From Felis catus (lineage: Eukaryota), in assembly GCF_018350175.1 (NCBI RefSeq), contig NC_058382.1, forward strand, positions 54,500,001 to 54,564,000: a stretch of DNA of 64,000 nt, read 5' to 3'. Each line of letters begins with the position of its first letter. Within the stretch, counting starts at the first letter, position 1. The notes beneath the pieces were generated by a model. It was not told where the DNA came from, did not search any database, and was given only the letters and a program-made list of their open reading frames with translations. Of the stretch, positions 50,647 to 62,913 are shown one piece after another. A program made the position numbers and the translations under genes.

Positions 50647-50660
50647 ATAAATAAATAATT
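50423..50660 (+). mobile_element. CanSINE with (GATA)n/(AATA)n tail
   Basis: Head at 50423; tetranucleotide repeat at about 50610-50658. Confidence 0.88.
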
Positions 50661-50821
50661 TTAAGAAGTGAGGGGTGAGCTAGACAAAATATATTAAAAG
50701 ATTAATAATGCTTTTCCTTCATTGGTAGAATTATTGGGGATTTTTATTTTATTTACCAGCGTGCGCTTTCAGATTTTCCTATAGTAAGGAATTGTTGCAA
50801 TCAAGAGAAGAAACAGTAAAC

Positions 50822-51029
50822 TTTCTTTTAAGTTTATTTATTTTGAGAGAGAGAGCATGCACACATGAGCAGGGGAGGGGCAGAGAGAGAGGGAGACCCA
50901 GAAGCCGAAGCAGGCTCCAGGCTCTGAGCTGTCAGCACAGAGCCCAACGCGGGGCTCCACCCACAGACTGTGAGATCATGACCTGAGCCGAAGTCGGACG
51001 CTTAACGGACTGAGCCACCCAGGCACCCC
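50822..51029 (-). mobile_element. CanSINE
   Basis: Reverse-complement head ending GCCACCCAGGCACCCC. Confidence 0.9.
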
Positions 51030-51147
51030 AGTAAATGTTATCTTTAAATGACACAAGCCAGTTGAAAAGTTAGGAAGGAAAGGAGGATACTTTATGGATG
51101 AAAGATATTTCTAATGTCTGTTTTCTTTTGAAATCTTCCATGTATAG

Positions 51148-51260
51148 TGGATTCAAGGATCATTCATGAAAACAAAATTGAAAAAGAGAGAGTCCAGAGA
51201 GTGACTCAAGAAACTTTTGGAGACTATCCTCAACCAAGACTAGAATTTGCACAATATAAG
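51148..51260 (+). CDS. CENPN: CENPN exon 9
   Basis: tgtatag|TG GAT TCA...TAT AAG|gtggga; (M)DSRIIHENKIEKERVQRVTQETFGDYPQPRLEFAQYK, 113 nt. Confidence 0.96.
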
Positions 51261-52834
51261 GTGGGACATTGCTATAAACATGAACTATGAGTTACCCATA
51301 TGTTTGTTAAAGAAAAAAAAATTAGGTGGAAAACGATAATAAGAAACTTTCTTTTCCTTTATCACTGTTTTCTTTTTTTAACTTCTGTTTTTTCTTACTG
51401 AAGTGGTGTCGACCCACAAGGTTAGGCCAGTGTCAGGTGTATGGTCATGGTGCCTGATTCTGTGCATCACTCATTGCTCACCATGATAAGTAGCGTCACT
51501 ATCACTTTGTATTCTGTGTGATAAATTGAAGAGTTAAAATAGACGTCTTTATCGTATGTAATAAGTTCCCATGTTAGTGAAGGAGACTTCTAGAAATTCT
51601 GAATTTGCCTTTTGATTTCATCTTAGGTACTCATTTAGTTTTGTGTAACCAGCTGTGATCTGTATTTTTGAGGGGAAAAAAGTTGTGAGCTATCCCCTTT
51701 CTAGCCCGTCCACACTTGCCTGTAGTCGGTGCTCATAAATATTCATTGAATAAAAGAGTGAATAAAGAAGTCGTGACATACCTAGACCAGTTGGCATCAC
51801 CGGAGAGAAACCAGTAAGTAGCCTAGTCAATACTATAAACCTAGCTCATTCCAGAACTGTGCCACTGCCCACCAGGAAGGCCAGGTTGGGGGCAAGCCCA
51901 TTGCCACCATTAGAAAAATTCAAGGTTTGTATCACGATTGCCCCAATCTAATACTGGCACTCCTACTCATAATACCCTCCTCCCCTCTAGTAAATTCTTT
52001 CTGCTCTGCACCCCCTACAGTTATAGGCAGTGCTTTAAATCCACCATTGATCTGCTCACCCAGGCCCAACACCTGTTTCCTTTGATTTGTTTTTAGTGGG
52101 AAAAGCTAATATCTTTCAAGTTGGGCTCCCTACATGACAGTTTTAACCCCGTTCCTTTGAACAACTCATAGTCTAGGACACTGGTTCATAGTGTGGTCTC
52201 TGGAGCCGCCGTATCAGCATCCCTTGAGAACGGGTAAGAAATGCAGATTATTGGGCCCACTGCACCGTGGTCCTACTGGATCAGGGACTCTGGAGGTGGG
52301 ACCCAGCCATCTGTTCTTACAAGCTCTCTGGCTGACTCTGCCTCCTAAAGAGAACCACTGAGAATAAGTAAGAATCTGCAAATCCCCCCGTGGCTACAAT
52401 TTAGAATCGCTCTGTTCTGTAAGTCAGAGTGCACGTCGATTCATGCCTGCTATTAATTTTCCCTACCTTTTCTATTTTGAAAAACGTCAAACCTTCAGAA
52501 CACATGCAAGGACATTGCAATGAACATCCGTTTTCCCTTTGCTTCAGTTCACCCATTGTTAACATTTTGCACATTTCCTTTCCTTCTTTTTCTGGATTTC
52601 TTCTGAACCATTTGAGTTAGTTGCAGACAATACTCACCCTCTAAACATTTCAAAATACTGCCTGTAAATTTTAAGAGGCACTTTAAGGAAAAGAATTTTG
52701 AAATTAGAATCTAAGACTCCAGTACCTATTGAAGCAGCCAGTGGATATTTGATATTAAAGGATTGTTAGATTGTTACTAATTTTTCTAGGTCTGATACTG
52801 TTACGGAGGTGAAGGTTTTAAAAGGAGTCCTTCT

Positions 52835-53268
52835 GGAGCGCCTCCTCGGTGGCTCAGTTGGTTGAGCCTCCACCTCTTGATTTCGGCTCAGGTCATGATC
52901 CCAGGGTTGTGGGATCGAGCCCCATGTTGGGCTCTGTGCTGAGCGTGGAACCTGCTTAAGATTCTCTCTCCCTCTCCCTCTGCCCCTCTCCACTACTTAT
53001 GCTTTCTCTCTAAAAAATAAAAAAATATTAAAAAAAAAAAAAAAAAAAAAAAAGACCAGCGACTGGGTGGTTCAGTCAGTGAAGCAACCGACTTCATCTG
53101 AGGTCATGATCTCACTGTTTGTGGGTTCGAGCCCCATGTCAGGCTCTGTGATGATGGCTCAGAGCCTGGAGCCTGCTTTGGATCCTGTGTCTCCCTCTCT
53201 CTCTGCCCCTCCCCTGCTCGCACTCTGTCTCTCTCTCTCAAAAATAAATAAACATTAAAAAAAAAATT
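52835..53268 (+). mobile_element. Tandem CanSINE pair
   Basis: Heads near 52835 and 53057; outer TSD GAGTCCTTCTT. Confidence 0.9.
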
Positions 53269-53875
53269 AAAAAAGAGTCCTTCTTAGGTCTTTTCTAGGT
53301 ACTGAATGTTTACAGATGGAATACCATCGTGTCTGGGGTTTACTGCAGAATAGTCCCGTGGCAGTGGTCAGTATGGAACAGGAGGTGGGCTGGTAGAAGA
53401 CTAGCCATGAACTGATAATGGTTTCAGCCGGGTGACGTGCACATGGGGACTCATTGCCTGTGCTCCTTACTTTTGTGTATTTTTGAAATCTTCCATCATC
53501 AGGTAAAAACCAACCATGGTAGTGACTCGAAAGACATGACATCTTTACATCGAAATGACAGATTTCAAAAGATAGTGCTAATTTGCCAGTAAGAATGCAA
53601 ACTAAATACTCAGGTGAAGATCACCTGGGGGTAGAATTGACCTCCAAGGTCTCCTGTGTGCGGGCACTGTGCATACATGGCATTTTGCGGATGATGCCTT
53701 TTGACACACGGGTTGCCCTCTACGTTTGCAGTTAGCAAATTAAATGGCTCCCGCCCCCGTCAATCCCTGTATTTCTTGAGGACAAGAATTAATGAAACAC
53801 ATCGCCTGATTTAATTACAGTTTGCCATTACAGCTGATATATTTAGTAGTTATTTATAAATAAATTTGTTGACAG

Positions 53876-54002
53876 CTTGAAACGAAATTCAGAAGTGACT
53901 TCCATGGAGGCATCTTGGCTGAGAGAAAAGAGCCCCTCCGGTGCCTAATAAAGTTCTCTAGCCCGCATCTTCTGGAAGCGTTGAAATCCTTAGCACCAGC
54001 TG
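53876..54002 (+). CDS. CENPN: CENPN exon 10
   Basis: ttgacag|CTT GAA ACG...GCT G|gtaagt; LETKFRSDFHGGILAERKEPLRCLIKFSSPHLLEALKSLAPA, 127 nt. Confidence 0.96.
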
Positions 54003-54236
54003 GTAAGTAGTCAGCTCATCTTACAGGCGGGAAGAATTCACAACACACTGTATCTGATCCTCTCTCTCTGCTGGCTAATTACCTCTGAGCTTCCTCCTGG
54101 CTCCCATCTGCTATCCCCGCGTGCCCTATTTTGCGTATATTCTCCTTCTGTACGTCACGGGGGTCCATGATCCACCCACCCTCTAATCTTGGCCATTTTT
54201 AAACTGACTTTTTTTGTTTTGTTTTTTTAATTTCAG

Positions 54237-54319
54237 GTATTGCAGACGCACCACTTTCTCCGTTGCTCACTTGCATACCCAACAAGGGAATGAATTATTT
54301 TAAAATTAGAGACAAATAG
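54237..54319 (+). CDS. CENPN: CENPN exon 11 (last coding exon)
   Basis: tttcag|GT ATT GCA...GAC AAA TAG; (G)IADAPLSPLLTCIPNKGMNYFKIRDK*. Confidence 0.97.
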
Positions 54320-54867
54320 GATGTCTGTGGTTTTGTAAGCACACTTTTTCCTTGAATATATTGCATATGCGTTTCAGTTAACAGCTAGCTGGACAGCTTC
54401 TGTGTATGAACTTGTGTTTTAGAAATTCATTCTTAATATTGACAGTCCAGAAATGTTCAATATGCTTGTTGGGACTGATTCTTTCCTCCTCCAGTGTGCA
54501 CCCCGCTCCCCCATATCCTGCAAAGCATAGCAATTGTGGGCCTTTAAAAAGTGACTAGGTGTCCTTTTTCTCACTCCTGTCTCTCCTCGATCCTGGAGAG
54601 ACTGAGTTCTAATTGCTGTTTCCAATGATTTTGTCTGAAGCCTTGGATCATGGAAAGAATTAGCAAGCAACTATCCTCAACTCAAAACTTTCTAGGAAAA
54701 TCATAAAATTGGTCCCTTCAAAGGGTAGAGTTGGGTCTATTAAGTTATTGCAGGGAGTACAATATCAGATGATTCAGTAATATAATAGTTCCTGTGTAAG
54801 TATACTTTTCATAGTCTGTTTTATCCTACATATGGCATTCAGACTCACCATACTATACTGATTTGTG

Positions 54868-54873
54868 AATAAA
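54868..54873 (+). terminator. CENPN: Likely CENPN poly(A) signal
   Basis: First AATAAA seen after the stop codon, about 550 nt downstream. Confidence 0.6.
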
Positions 54874-55226
54874 GATTTAAAAACTGGTACATCACTTCTG
54901 ATGGAAATTCTTCGGTGATCATCACAATATAGCATGTCCTTTCTTAATAACATTTCAAACTCTACTCCCTGTTGTGTTCCACAAAGGATTTGGGGTATAA
55001 AGACGTTTATTACAGTTACGATAAAATTAAAAGGTGAGGCAGTCTGGGCAAATGGGAAAGCAAAAAGCAAGGACCGAATAAAGGTAGAGATAAAACTGAC
55101 ATGTAACAAGATACGAGTGCCTCCATCTGTTACAAGGTTGAAAAATTGGAGCGATGTTAGCCAGTGGTCCGAGCAGAGAAGAAAACACCATTTGTGAATG
55201 AAGATATTCAAAAACTGGTACATCAG

Positions 55227-55426
55227 GGGCGCCTGGGTGGCTCAGTGGGTTAGGCATCCAACTCTTGGTTTCAGCTCAGGTCATAATCTCACGGTTCGTG
55301 AGATCGAGCCCTGCATCAACCTCTGCACCGACAGTAAAGAGCCCGTTTGGGATTCTTCCCCTCGCTCTCTGCCCCTCCCCCACTTGCTCTCTTTCTCTCT
55401 CTCTTAAAATAAACACTTAAAAAAAT
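55227..55426 (+). mobile_element. CanSINE
   Basis: 17-bp TSD AAAAACTGGTACATCAG at 55210-55226 and 55427-55443. Confidence 0.93.
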
Positions 55427-56519
55427 AAAAACTGGTACATCAGTTACTTTTGATGAAAATAAAAAACAGGCTCAGTATACAAAAATGTAAATACAATCAG
55501 AGAAGGGCTAAACAGTGCTTTATAATTTAATGGTATTGTCTATAGATTATAGGTACGTGAAAAAATATGTTTTTAGATTTAATTCACAAGTGGCATAGAC
55601 ACTTCAGTAATCTCAGAGTGAGGCACTGAGTCTGTTGGGGCTCAATAATACTAATTTCCATGTAGACTATAGTCAGGGTGTAGAGCATCTGTCCCTATGT
55701 GCACACATGTGGGAGGAGCTTCTGCTCCGTGCCTGAATGCCTCTGTCGGGTCTGCACAGAGGCCCTGCAGTCTCCCCAGGATGGTTTCTCACAGGCTCAC
55801 AGCCCTCCCTGGTGCTTGGCAGTGATGTGCAAATGGAGGCTGAATGAGAAAGACACTAATCGTATTATCCACCCTACAGTGGAATCACTTGAGGCTCATC
55901 CTGTAGCCCTCCCAGACACAGGCACCTGCTTAAGGAAATGAGAATACATGGAACTCTATCTTTTGTGTACTTGGTGTTCAGTCTGCCCTCTGTTCTTCTT
56001 CAGGAGGAATTATTCTTTAGGTATAATTTGGTGAATTCCATGGAGGAGGTGAGTTCAATTTCTTCTTATGTCACTGTCTTGGATTGGAACTTCTGTTATG
56101 TACTTGACGATCCAGAGACACATACTGCATTCAAATGCAGTCTTAGGAACAGATGGAGCGGTAAATGCAGACCCAAGGACCGCTACAGCCAAAGGAATTT
56201 ATTTTGCTTTAGGTAGAGTCTGCAAAATTCAATAGCTAACGTTTATGGAATATTTACTAGGTCGCTGCTAAGTATTTTATATGCATTATCTTATTTTCAT
56301 AACAATCCTATATGGCAGGCAGAATTACCAATCTAATTCTACTGAAGTGAATACCAGCTCTTAGGCTAGTAAGTGGCTGTACCCACAATAACCCGAGGCA
56401 ATTGGACTCTGAGACCCCATGCCAAAAGAAACAATAGCCTGTGGATGCTATCCCACACACATAGATGCGGGGTTTTTTTTTTTTGGTCCCACAGTACTTT
56501 TAAAATCAGAATTAGTTTC

Positions 56520-56945
56520 TATGATGGGCAAAATAATGCCCTCCCCTCAAAGATGTCCACATCCTAATTCCTGGAATCTGTAAATATATATCCCCTTACA
56601 AGGCAAAGGGACTTTGCAAAGGGGAGATTAGTCTGGATTTCCTAAATGGACCTACTGTAATCACAAAGGTCCTCAAAAGTGGAAGAGGAACAGGAGAGAG
56701 CAGAGGGAGAAGTCCGTGATGTGATAAAGACTCAACTCACCATTACTGACTCTGAGAAGCTGGACAAGGCAAGTAAACGCATTCTTCCGTAGAGCCTCCA
56801 GAAGAAATGCAGCCCTGCCCACACCTCGAGCTTAGCCTCATACTCATGTCAGACTTCTGACGTACAGAACTATAAAATACAAATCTATGCCGTTTTAAGC
56901 CACTAAAGTGGCAATTTGTACCTGTAGCAATAGAAAGCTAGCACA
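56520..56945 (+). mobile_element. MLT1-type (MaLR) solo LTR
   Basis: AAAGATGTCCACATCCTAATTCCTGGAATCTGT...TTTTAAGCCACTAAAGTGGCAATTTGT...AGCAATAGAAAGCTAGCACA. Confidence 0.85.
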
Positions 56946-57762
56946 GCTGCTGGTATATAAATTGGAAGTTGTCACATAAAAACATTGAAAAATACATCTA
57001 GTGATACCACACATGAGTGGCAGCTGCCCCCTTTAAACAAAGGATGTTTTTTTCCATGTCTCTGCAGTCCTCATTTCTCTCTTCTATTTACACCTGGTCT
57101 CATGTGTGTTCATTTATGTGGTCCAGCTAGCCCTTCTAGGTACTTAGGTTTTGGAACCCTGCCCTGAACTATACTGTTTCCCAAATAGTAATCAAATTTC
57201 AGCGCTTAAGATACAGGCATATAAATCCACCCTCCCTTAAAATGATTAACTCAGTTATTAGCAAATAATTTGTATAATGTGACCTATGGCTAGTTACTTC
57301 TCTGGAAATTGGGGGAAAGCTTATAGTACATACCCGCTACACCTATTGCGAGGACAAAATGAGATACAAAATGACTAGCGCAAGGTAAGTCCTCAACAGA
57401 CAATAGATGTAATTAACATACTATTGGCTAATATTTGGGTTGTTTCTAATCTTTGGGAAAGAAAGTTCCTGAACATACTATACTGATTTGTCTTCCATAC
57501 AATTATTGCCCAAGGTTAAGTTTCTTGGGAAGGTGAAGAACCAGTCAGTGGGACCAACCCCTTCGATGCGTTCGCAAGGGACCCCGGTGAAATTTTGTAA
57601 CCCTCCCGCGTCAGCCGACGCGCCCTCCACCGCCCGCAGGGGGCGCAGCGGCCGTCGCGGCCCCGCCGGATGCTAATGAGGCTGGAGGTCCCGCCCCCTG
57701 CCGGAAGTGGCTGCGGCAGGAGGCGGGGCCTGCTGGCGAGGCCCTTCAGCCGTGCGGCAGCC

Positions 57763-58095
57763 ATGGCGGCCTCTGAGGCGGCGGCGGCGGCGGGGTCCGC
57801 GGCTCTGGCCTCGGGCGCCCCGACCGTCCCGACGGCCGCGAGGGGAGCCGCCGCCGCCGCCTCGGGCCCGTGGGGGCCTCCCGGGCGACTGAAGGGCAGC
57901 CGGCCGCGACCCGCGGCGGCGAGGCAGCAGCCCGCGGGTCCGGCGCCTCCGGCCCGGGAGCTGATCCAGCCGTCGGTGAGCGAGCTGTCCCGGGCCGTGC
58001 GGACCAACATCCTGTGCACCGTGCGCGGCTGCGGCAAGATCCTGCCCAACAGCCCGGCGCTCAACATGCACCTGGTCAAGAGCCACCGCCTGCAG
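57763..58095 (+). CDS. ATMIN: ATMIN (ASCIZ) exon 1; gene continues beyond the window
   Basis: Kozak GCC-ATG-G; MAASEAAAAAGSAALASGAP...TNILCTVRGCGKILPNSPALNMHLVKSHRLQ (111 codons, C2H2 zinc finger) then CAG|gtgagc donor. Confidence 0.97.
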
Positions 58096-58183
58096 GTGAG
58101 CCCGCCGCGGAACGACGCCTCCCAGGGCCTGGCGCTCGGGGGCTCGGGCGCGCAGGGCGGCGCGGCCAGCGGCGAGGATTGCG

Positions 58184-58273
58184 GTGTGTGTGTGTGTGCG
58201 CAGCCCGGCCGGCGGGGTATGTGTGTGTGTGTGTGTGTGCGCGCGCGCGCGTGTGCGCAGCCCGACCGGCGGG
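58184..58273. repeat. (GT)n/(GC)n compound repeat in ATMIN intron 1
   Basis: GT runs, a GC run and two copies of GTGTGCGCAGCCCG(G/A)CCGGCGGG. Confidence 0.9.
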
Positions 58274-61200
58274 CATCCAGCCCCAGAACGGGCCAAACCG
58301 GCCAGGGAGTCCCGGCGGGGCAGAGTGGGAGCTAGCACGCAGGAACGCGCAGTCGGAAAACACTGTGTCATGTGGCTCCGCTGCCGGGCTCGGACGTGCC
58401 GGGACTGCCGGCCTCGGGCTTGGCGGCCCGGCCACTGGACCCCTGCACCTCCGTGGTCCTCCGCAACTTCGTGAGGCCCGGACCGTCATCCCCAGCCTCT
58501 TGATGAGAAACAGGTTGCGCAGCCGGACGGGAGCTGGGATTTAAACCCCGTCTCGGCTTCGAAAGCCCGAGTTCTGTCCACCACACCCACAATGCCTCCC
58601 TCGGGCCTTCGGGTTCTGCCCGGTGTTTAGGAGGGAGCTGCAGATTTGCCTGGAGGCACCGCCAGTTACGAGTTTCACGGTATTGGTAGAATCGGGTTGG
58701 CTCTGCACCAAGACCTAAGGGAAATTTCTCCCCGCAGATCTTCTTTAAGAGGGAACCCGTACGTCAACATGACAGTAGTCTGAACATCGCCTCCACCGTC
58801 TGTAAAATGGGGCAGTGCGTTTTAACCTTTAGTGCACGTCTGCGGAAAATTTATGGAAAATCCAGATGTCCGGCCGCACCCTAGGCCTTTCAAGTTATAA
58901 TTTCTCAGTCACTACAGTAGGAAGTTTCTTCCCACCACCTCTTGCTCACTTCGTTCCATGCCAACAGCGACATAGTTACACAGCATGACACTCAAAGCAA
59001 AGTTTGGTGAATATGTAGCTTTTGATGGTCAGGATTCACTCGGGAGTAAGTTTGAATTACCTGGCGTGTTGCACGTCCCTGTCTGTCCTTCAGGTGCATC
59101 GTCCTTGGAAACTTCCTTAGAGTCGGGCCTCTGATGAGAATTGAATGAGCAGCAGGTTTGAGGCTATAGTCCCTAGTCGGGCAGGCATGTGGCCCAGGAG
59201 AGGCAATCCCCGTCTAGCACCATCGTTTTCCTGGGAAGATGGGGGAGCCCAGTCAGGAAAAGTGGGCGGACCCTGCAGGCCCTCAGAATAGTTTGGGGTT
59301 TCTTCCAGGACCCCAGTGTAGTGACTCTTCAGTGGTCTTTGGGAGTGGTCCTCAGTCCTGTGTTTTCTGTTTCGCACGAAATTTTACCGAAATCCTTCCT
59401 TGTCTTCGTATTTTCACTTCAGTGGGTGAACTGTGTATTGCTAGGAATGCTGCATCAGCTTGGTTCCCTGAGCTCGTATAGGACAGCCGTCACCCACCGT
59501 TAGAGTCATGTCCTCAGCGATGGACAGCCGAGTCGCATTACGTCTGGAGTACCAGAGAAGCCACCGGTCCGACCAGGACCCTCCCGTGTTGGCCTGAATA
59601 TCACTCTGACAAGCACTTGTCAACAGTTTTATTGTTCTTTTCTCTGGAATTGCTGTCTGCAGCTCTCTACTTCTCTAGACTTGGTGAAGCATAGAGCGTT
59701 TACTCTCCAGGACTAGTTTGATAGCATATAACAGGTTTATTTCTAATTATGTTTCTAAAACACGTGACGTTTAGGAATTCTGAAGATACCAGTACATACA
59801 CAAAACACACCAACACATATGTGATGTATAACACAACGTACAAAATGCAAAATATAACAGGCTTAAGGAGTATGTTTGAGGCACATGCGGATTTTGATAG
59901 TCAAATCTCTACTTGGATCTGTCAAAGCAGCCGTATCTTCCCTTGCTGCTTCTGCTGCGTGAGGTCATTCTCCCACTTGCAAGGCACTTTCCGGATGTCT
60001 CTTGTCTGAAGACAGCACAGTGAACTCAAGATCCCTTTCCAAACTAGAAATGTTGAAGGGAAAAATGGTCTCTGCTGAGTTTCCTTCATAGGTCACGAGG
60101 GACACCTGTTTCAGCAGGAATTAAAGAAATCTCACCCAGAACCATCTCTCCCTGCCCCGCCCCCTCATCAAAGAGGCTCACTCTGCTGCCTTGTTCCGCC
60201 TTTCTAACCATAGCACCCAGCAACCCCCGAGCATCTGCTGTACTGGGGGAAAGGGGTTCGTTCTCTCACGAAGGCAACCTGTAGGACAGAACAGCCGCAT
60301 CTGTACGAGGGTGCCCCGGCCCCAGTGTGGTGAATCTTACCCTTGCTCTGCATCCTGAGTAGAAGAAGGCTCTTGAGTTCAAACATCACTCTTGACACTT
60401 GTCAGAGTATTAGAAGGAGGGAGGGAGGAGGGGAGGCCGGGGGACGTGAGCTGACTGGGAGATCCCTGTGGTTTTGAAAGCCATTTGGAGAGACTCCAGC
60501 ATCCGTCAAGTGGGTGTGCCTACTTTCCGCCCTAAAGGTGGTCTGAGTGTATCCGCTTGGTGGGTTTGCATAATAGTCCGTGGAAAGTTTCCTTCACATT
60601 CTCTTGGTTACAGCTACTTGCATAATTCTAGTTCTTTCTTAGTGTTTTTTTTTTCTAGATTTTGATAATCTTTTATTCCCTTCCCCATCTGTTGCTGTAT
60701 GGTTCTTATTTTCTTTTAGAATTTCTTCACAAGATACCCTGCACTCAACCAAATAACTCCCTTCTTAATGTAAATAATGAACGAGCGCTTCTGAAGGGTG
60801 TTGGGTAAGGATGGGGATTGATGTAAGGACGTGCTGCTCTTTGGTGTTATGTGGGTTCTTATGACCTATGTCTATATTCCATCTGCTGGAAGAAATTGGA
60901 AATACCCTGTCCAGCCTTGCATACAGGGTTATCCTTGGGAAATGAAAGCTGGGGCTTTGAGGGAAAGGAAGACTAGTAAATGGGCATTTCTCAATTGTTA
61001 GAGATTCTTTTATTCCTTGTGTTTGAAAGCAATGAAGGGGACAGGAGGGCCCTTGAAGATTTTCTTACCCAGCAGCATTTATATTTTTAAAGCATGGCTT
61101 CAAGGATTTTGTATTATGTTCAGTGCAAGATTTGCTTTGAATGATTTGCCAGGAAGGTTTTTTTGTTTTGTTTTGTTTTTTGTTTTTTTTTTAAAGCAAA

Positions 61201-62439
61201 GGGAAGGGAAGGTTCCAAGTTGCTCTATAGACTATACTGTACAAAGACTTCCAATTTTAAGTTTACAATAGGAGGACAAGAGAGCAAACTCTTTCCTTGG
61301 ATGCTTTCTTTGAAGGCAGTGAGGTGCTAGAATACTTTTGCCTCTTTTTCCCAATTTTTGCCACTATTTTTACAGTCCTTTCCTTTTATCCTTTCTCCTT
61401 GAAGTGTTTCCTTCCTCCTCCTTTTCACTTCTTCTGTTTGTTTACTTTTTTCCATCTTATTTTTTGATTGTTTCATCTCAAAGTTTTTCTTTTTTCAAAT
61501 TCTTTACGTAAAGTGTTTCATTAACATTTTTCAAATTTTTTTTTTTTTTACTTTCAAATACTTTGTATGTAACATTTACCCAAAAAAGGAAGCACACAAA
61601 AAAGATAAATCACAAAGAGTCTGGTGAGTTTTGTTCTTGAACATATATAGAGAATGCCAGAACAAAACGTCACTTTGTCACTGCAGTTCACGTGGTATTG
61701 TGCCGTCACCATTTCTCATCTTCCCCATTCTCATCTCAGCCTTCCTACCCTTCGGGCTTTCTGTCTCGGGCTGGAATGGGAAGAAAGCCCAGGAGCTGGG
61801 TGGAGAGGTGGCGATAGGGAGGGTTGAGGGGTTGGCCCTCAGAAAGCAGGAAAGTGAACAGTATCACGTTGTTGCTGTGCCTGTAAAAAGGCATTGGGGG
61901 TTGCAGGTATCCTGGTGCGGCTCTCTGTAGTGTTTCATCCTGGTGCATGATACAGATTTGGCTTAGATGGCCTCTTGAACAGAGTCAGTATAACGCTCCA
62001 GGTTTTTCTGGACCGTTTACTCCGTTCAGAGCATTGTCACATGCAACAGAACATACAAAAACATTCCTCCCTTGAAAAGTTTGGAAGATTTTAAGTAGCC
62101 GCACTGGATAAGACGGGTAAAAAGCAGAAAGAGGTAAATGACAGAAGAGAGAGGTAATGCAAAGCTATATAGTAAGGGACTTTGAATGTCTCAAGTGAGA
62201 GAAATTCGGACTCGGGAAGATTCGGGTGTCAGTAGAAATGTCGGAGTGAGGTAATGACATAATCAGAGCTATAGTGTAGAAAAATGAATCTGGCAAACTG
62301 TCAGTGAAAAAGATTGAGGTTCTAGAAGTTAGTTGGGAGGTCAATGATAAAAGTGCACACCGCGAGTCAGGGCGACATCAACTAACGGTGATGGCAGCGA
62401 GAAAGGAAAGGGAGGGAGATGGTAGAAGACCTGTCAAGA

Positions 62440-62856
62440 AAAGTAATTGCCAGCACTTGGAAGCAACCCAGATGCTTACTAGTCGGTGAGTGGAAAATGA
62501 ACTGTGGAACCTCCAGAGGATGGCGTATTCTTCAGCACTAAAAAGAAGTGAGCGATCCAGCTGTGAAAAGACATGGAGGAAATTTAGATATATGTGTGGA
62601 CTAACCAAAGAAGCCAATCCGAGAAGGATGCATACTGTATCATTCCCACCATACAACATTCTTGAAGAGGGCAAATAAGATTAGTGGTCGTCAGGATGGG
62701 TGTAAGGGGAAGAGGGTTGGGACCCCTGGACAGCTCAGTGGATTGAGCGTCTGATTCTTGATTTCAGCCCAGGTCACCATCCCAGGGTTGGGGGACCAAG
62801 CCTCGCATTAGGCTCTGCACTGAGCATGGAGCCTGCTTGAGAATTGAGATTCCCTC

Positions 62857-62913
<57 letters not shown>

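Larger units (their letters stand above)
28440..54895 (+). other. CENPN: CENPN gene span (ends approximate)
   Basis: Ten coding exons sum to 171+46+60+77+177+102+61+113+127+83 = 1017 nt, 338 aa plus stop, all GT-AG and in frame; MDETVAEFIKRTILKIPM...MNYFKIRDK is centromere protein N. Confidence 0.97.
57560..58760. promoter_or_regulatory. ATMIN: CpG island / ATMIN promoter
   Basis: Very GC- and CpG-rich; ETS motif CCGGAAGTG 57701-57709, GC boxes, CTCF-like CCCGCAGGGGGCGC 57633-57646. Confidence 0.9.

Noticed and set aside
2006..55407. Recurrent MAQSVK.../GRGRERGRHRI... ORFs suggesting a gene family or tRNA genes
   Set aside because: All are translations of CanSINEs; the tRNA-like heads are SINE parts, not intact tRNA genes.
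57516..58592. ORFs of 187-232 aa overlapping ATMIN exon 1
   Set aside because: Alternative-frame and antisense shadows of a GC-rich exon and repeat; only 57763-58095 gives the zinc finger and a proper donor.
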